A DNA stretch of 64,000 bases from Terriglobia bacterium (GTDB taxonomy: Bacteria > Acidobacteriota > Terriglobia > Bryobacterales > Bryobacteraceae): NCBI GenBank assembly GCA_963788485.1, contig CAWBIS010000206.1, positions 22,301 through 86,300 on the forward strand. The letters run 5' to 3'. Each line of letters opens with the position of its first letter. Positions within the stretch are counted from its first letter, which is position 1. This document shows positions 60,822-64,000 of the stretch, piece by piece. The notes beneath the pieces are model-generated. The model was not told the DNA's origin. It did not search any database and was given only the letters and a program-made list of their open reading frames with translations. Both the position numbers and the translations under genes were made by a program.

Positions 60822-61979
60822 TTAATACCGGTTGAGTTCGGCTACCAGAGCCGCCAGGCCCTTCTTCGAGTAAATATCCGCCAGCCGCTGCTCTTCCGGC
60901 GAAGGCGCAGTCACCCGCAGCAGAGGCGACGAATCCAGATCCTTCCGCGACGGTACCCACACGTGTCCGTCCGCAAACTCCACCTTGCTGACATAACCGG
61001 TCATGCCGTCGATCTCGATCGGCCGCCCGGTGCGCGAAAACCTCAGCGCCGTGTCCTGCAGGAGCTTCGTACGCCGGCCCGAAGCCAGCAGCAGCGTCGA
61101 GTCCGACGCCGGCACCGACCCCGCCAGATACTCCTGTCCCTGTTTGTCCTTTACCAGCCAGCCGATCTCAACATACCGTACGATTTTGCCGGAGTTATTG
61201 ACTATTTCAATCTGCGGCGACCGCGCCTCGTTTCCCGAAATCGCCGCCCATCCTTCGAGCGGCTGCACCGGCTCATTCGGCAGATTCAGAAATGCGAACT
61301 GCGCGACCCGGTCGGTCGATGGCACCGTCCCGCCCACCGCCCGTCCATTGCGCGTCAGCGACACATCCAGCTGCGGGCGATCCGCCTGTCGCGCCAGGCT
61401 CTTCCGCATCTCTTCGCCCAGCCCGTTCTCACCTCGGGCCTGCAGCGTCTGCTTGAAATAAGCCCGGTCGCGCTGCGCCTCCACTTCCCAGAAGGTCAGC
61501 GCGCGTTGCGAATTGAGCTTGTTCGGTCCGAAAAAACTCAGGTCGTCGAAAAGAACGCCATCCAATTGCACGTGCACCAGCGGACCCGCCGACTGCTGCA
61601 CCGGACGCACCAGCCGGATATCCACCGGGAGCGTGAACGTCTGTCCCGGCGCCACATCGATCGATGGACGCGCTACCGATCCTTTGCCGCCCGGGGCGAA
61701 TTCCTGCGCCGTCACCAGCAGAGTCACCCCCCGGATGTGTTTGAATCCGGAATTGCGCAGCGTCAGGCCCATATGGAGGTCGAGCACAATGGCGCCACCG
61801 CGCGCTGTGGCGCGCGAATCGCCCATGGAGTTCGATATCAATTCGAGCGGTGAACCGGACGGCAGGTCGACCTTGACCGAATTGGCCGGATCGAGCGCCG
61901 TTTCCTGGCCGGCCAGTGGCAGCACGAAGGCCACGAATGCTCCCGCGAGCCACCCAAACTTATTGCTGCAGGTAAACAT
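60822..61979 (-). CDS. Secreted hypothetical protein
   Basis: Signal/anchor FGWLAGAFVAFVLPLAG. 385 aa, located downstream of the ECF sigma/anti-sigma pair. Confidence 0.5.
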   Translation of the reverse strand: MFTCSNKFGWLAGAFVAFVLPLAGQETALDPANSVKVDLPSGSPLELISNSMGDSRATARGGAIVLDLHMGLTLRNSGFKHIRGVTLLVTAQEFAPGGKGSVARPSIDVAPGQTFTLPVDIRLVRPVQQSAGPLVHVQLDGVLFDDLSFFGPNKLNSQRALTFWEVEAQRDRAYFKQTLQARGENGLGEEMRKSLARQADRPQLDVSLTRNGRAVGGTVPSTDRVAQFAFLNLPNEPVQPLEGWAAISGNEARSPQIEIVNNSGKIVRYVEIGWLVKDKQGQEYLAGSVPASDSTLLLASGRRTKLLQDTALRFSRTGRPIEIDGMTGYVSKVEFADGHVWVPSRKDLDSSPLLRVTAPSPEEQRLADIYSKKGLAALVAELNRY

Positions 61980-62556
61980 TGGTAATCGTCACCGAGCCCG
62001 TTTCGCCGTTGACAGTGCGCCTCTCGATCGCGCCCTGCGCGTTCACCGTCTGGTCCGCCCTGATCCCTTGCCGGTCCATTAAGGCGAAGCTGTCCTTCCC
62101 CTGCGACAATTCGATCCCGGAACCGGTCGCCTGCAACACCGCCACGGCTGTTTCCGGCGCCCTTGCCCGGTGAGGCGCCGATTCCGTTGCGAGGAAACTC
62201 GCTCCTGCAACCAGCAGCATACTCGCCAGGGCGACCGTCAGCCTCGGGCTCCAGACGCTTGCCGCGGCAGGTGTGCGCACGCAGGCCCCGGCTTCGAGGC
62301 CCACGCGGATATTCGCGCGCATCTCGAGCGCCAGGAAATTCCAGTTCAAATCGGGCATTTCGGCTGCGGCCAGTCGCTCGCGCACATGCCGGAAGGCCTC
62401 CACCTTCTCCTGGCAAACCTCGCAGTTGCGCAAGTGCCGGTCCAGAAAGAAGCGGTGGACGACGCCGATTTCGCCGCCTGCCAGCAATGCCAGATCCTGT
62501 TCATCCGGGTGTGTCATCGCTTGTACCTTGCGCTCATCTCTTCCGCTTCCCGGCAA
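61960..62556 (-). CDS. Anti-sigma factor (zf-HC2 type) with one TM
   Basis: HLRNCEVCQEKVEAF zinc-finger motif, TM helix PRLTVALASMLLVAGASFLA. Overlaps the sigma gene. Confidence 0.75.
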   Translation of the reverse strand: MPGSGRDERKVQAMTHPDEQDLALLAGGEIGVVHRFFLDRHLRNCEVCQEKVEAFRHVRERLAAAEMPDLNWNFLALEMRANIRVGLEAGACVRTPAAASVWSPRLTVALASMLLVAGASFLATESAPHRARAPETAVAVLQATGSGIELSQGKDSFALMDRQGIRADQTVNAQGAIERRTVNGETGSVTITNVYLQQ

Positions 62557-63109
62557 ACTTCCTCAACTTGATTCGCGCATTGGCGATATGCGAACGCACG
62601 GTGGCTTTCGAGCAGTCCAGTCTCCGCGCCACCTCCTCCGCCGGCAGATCTTCCATATCGCGCAGCACCAAAGCCGCCCGCTCGCGCGGCGTCAAACGTT
62701 CGAGGCCTGCGGCCAGCCACATGCGCTCCTCGGTACGCAGCACCGTCGCTTCCGGCGTCTCCATGTGGCTTTCGGGCGCGTCGGTGATCTCGCAAAAGCT
62801 CACCCGGCCATGGCGGCGCAGAAAGTCGATTGCCGTATTCGTGGCGATCCGCGACAGCCAGTGCGCGGCCTTCTGCTCGTCCTTGAGTTGTTCCTGCCGC
62901 TGCAGCGCCTTGATGAATGCTTCCTGGGTCAGGTCCTGCGCGTCGTGCACGTTGCCCACGATCCGGTAGATCTGACGGAACACCCGCCGCAGATTGTCGT
63001 TGACGAAGCGGTCCTGCAGCTCCCGCTCACTCAGGTCCGACGCGCTCGCCGCTTCGACCAGCGCTGGGTCGTGCTCTCTCATTCTGACCTGCGGCGCAAG
63101 AGTTGGCAT
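62534..63109 (-). CDS. ECF-family RNA polymerase sigma-70 factor
   Basis: Region 2 is VHDAQDLTQEAFIKAL. Region 4 is LPAEEVARRLDCSKATVRSHIANARIKLR. Confidence 0.9.
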   Translation of the reverse strand: MPTLAPQVRMREHDPALVEAASASDLSERELQDRFVNDNLRRVFRQIYRIVGNVHDAQDLTQEAFIKALQRQEQLKDEQKAAHWLSRIATNTAIDFLRRHGRVSFCEITDAPESHMETPEATVLRTEERMWLAAGLERLTPRERAALVLRDMEDLPAEEVARRLDCSKATVRSHIANARIKLRKFAGKRKR

Positions 63110-63209
63110 CCCTTGTAAGGAATGACGTCCATTCCCGCCAGACGTGGAAAGGAACTTTGCGCGCTATCCTTGAGTATAGGTCCTCGATGACAGCTCCGGG
63201 AGTGCGCAG

Positions 63210-64000
63210 ATGAGCGATTTCAGGCAGGTCGCGATCGTGGGAGCGGGGAAAACCCCGTTCGGCGCATTTCCCGATCGGGATCTGCGCGCGCTGGCCGTGG
63301 CGGCGGGTGAAAAGGCTCTCCAGAACGCGAATATCGGCCCGGAGGCCATCGAATCCTTTTACCTCGGCAATTTCGCCGGCCCCGAATTTACCAGCCAGAA
63401 CCATCTCGCTCCTTACATATCGACGGCGCTCGGCATGACCGGCATCCCTTCGACTCGCTTCGAGGCCGCCTGCGCTTCGAGCGGTGCGGCGTTTTTTCAG
63501 GCCTTCATGGGCGTGGCCAGCGGAATTTACGACGTCGTGATGGTAGCCGGCGTTGAGAAAATGACCTGCCAGCCGACTCCGCGCGTCACCGAAATCCTGG
63601 CTGGGGCGGGGGATTGCGCCACCGAGGTCAAAGCCGGCTCGACTTTCCCCTCGCTCTTCGCCATGATTGCGCGCCGCCACATGCACGATTTCGGCACCAC
63701 CCGGGAGCATCTTTCGGCCGTAGCCGTCAAGAACCACGCCAACGGGGCGCTCAACCCGGATGCCCAGATGCGCAAGGTCATCACCCTCGAACAGGCCATG
63801 AACGCACGCCCCATCGCCGAGCCCTTGAATCTGTACGATTGCTCTCTCATCAGCGATGGCGCGGCCGCGGTAGTGCTTTGCGCGGCCGATCGCGCGCGCG
63901 AACTCGGCTCGCATCATCCAGTAAAGGTTCTCGGTGTGGCGCAGGCCTCCGACTATGTGGCGCTCGATCGAAAACCCGACATCACCACCTTCGCCGCAGT
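63210..64000 (+). CDS. Thiolase-family (SCP-x/acetyl-CoA acetyltransferase-like) protein, 3' end beyond the window
   Basis: Translated by hand from ATG 63210: MSDFRQVAIVGAGKTPFG...STRFEAACASSGAAF (active-site Cys)...VVMVAGVEKM...AVKNHANGALNP. The frame is open to the window end. Confidence 0.8.
   Translation, partial: MSDFRQVAIVGAGKTPFGAFPDRDLRALAVAAGEKALQNANIGPEAIESFYLGNFAGPEFTSQNHLAPYISTALGMTGIPSTRFEAACASSGAAFFQAFMGVASGIYDVVMVAGVEKMTCQPTPRVTEILAGAGDCATEVKAGSTFPSLFAMIARRHMHDFGTTREHLSAVAVKNHANGALNPDAQMRKVITLEQAMNARPIAEPLNLYDCSLISDGAAAVVLCAADRARELGSHHPVKVLGVAQASDYVALDRKPDITTFAA

Noticed and set aside
60047-63109. ECF sigma/anti-sigma pair plus downstream secreted proteins as a novel system
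   Set aside because: This is the common arrangement for cell-surface signalling or envelope-stress regulons in soil bacteria, and nothing unusual is visible in the sequence.

Overview
This is a high-GC bacterial chromosomal window. PEP-CTERM, TIGR03435-type, TonB-like and ECF-sigma genes suggest an Acidobacteria-like soil organism (inference only).

Positions 1-14.5 kb form an accessory island. It contains:
- the 3' part of an IS21-family element (istB plus terminal repeats);
- a decayed secreted-protein gene;
- an AT-richer DUF4062 (TIR-like) orphan gene;
- a gap-free minus-strand operon encoding a SLOG-4TM protein, a TIR-NB-ARC-TPR STAND NTPase, a twice-frameshifted patatin phospholipase and a TIR-fold/DUF4071-TPR protein;
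- an IS200-type tnpA remnant;
- a divergent TIR-TM-coiled-coil-15xWD40 gene;
- tRNA-Lys and tRNA-Leu at the island edge.

I consider the SLOG / TIR-STAND / patatin / DUF4071 operon the main candidate for an uncharacterised nucleotide-signalling (Thoeris/CBASS-like logic) immune system.

The remaining 50 kb is mostly ordinary core or metabolic content:
- DPP3-like peptidase, AsmA, XdhC/MocA;
- a LeuD/OCD/M24/LeuC-like operon;
- TonB, MBL hydrolase and amidohydrolase;
- a degenerate HigBA-like module next to tRNA-Ala;
- a Lol-like ABC system and a PEP-CTERM protein;
- NifS/IscS-like cysteine desulfurase, MnmA and LpxL-like genes;
- a P1B-ATPase next to a fused CbiMNQ plus CbiO transporter;
- holB-tmk-uppS, an aldehyde dehydrogenase and an intradiol dioxygenase;
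- an ECF sigma/anti-sigma pair and a 3'-truncated thiolase.

All calls come from reading the translations and the DNA by eye. No database search was run.
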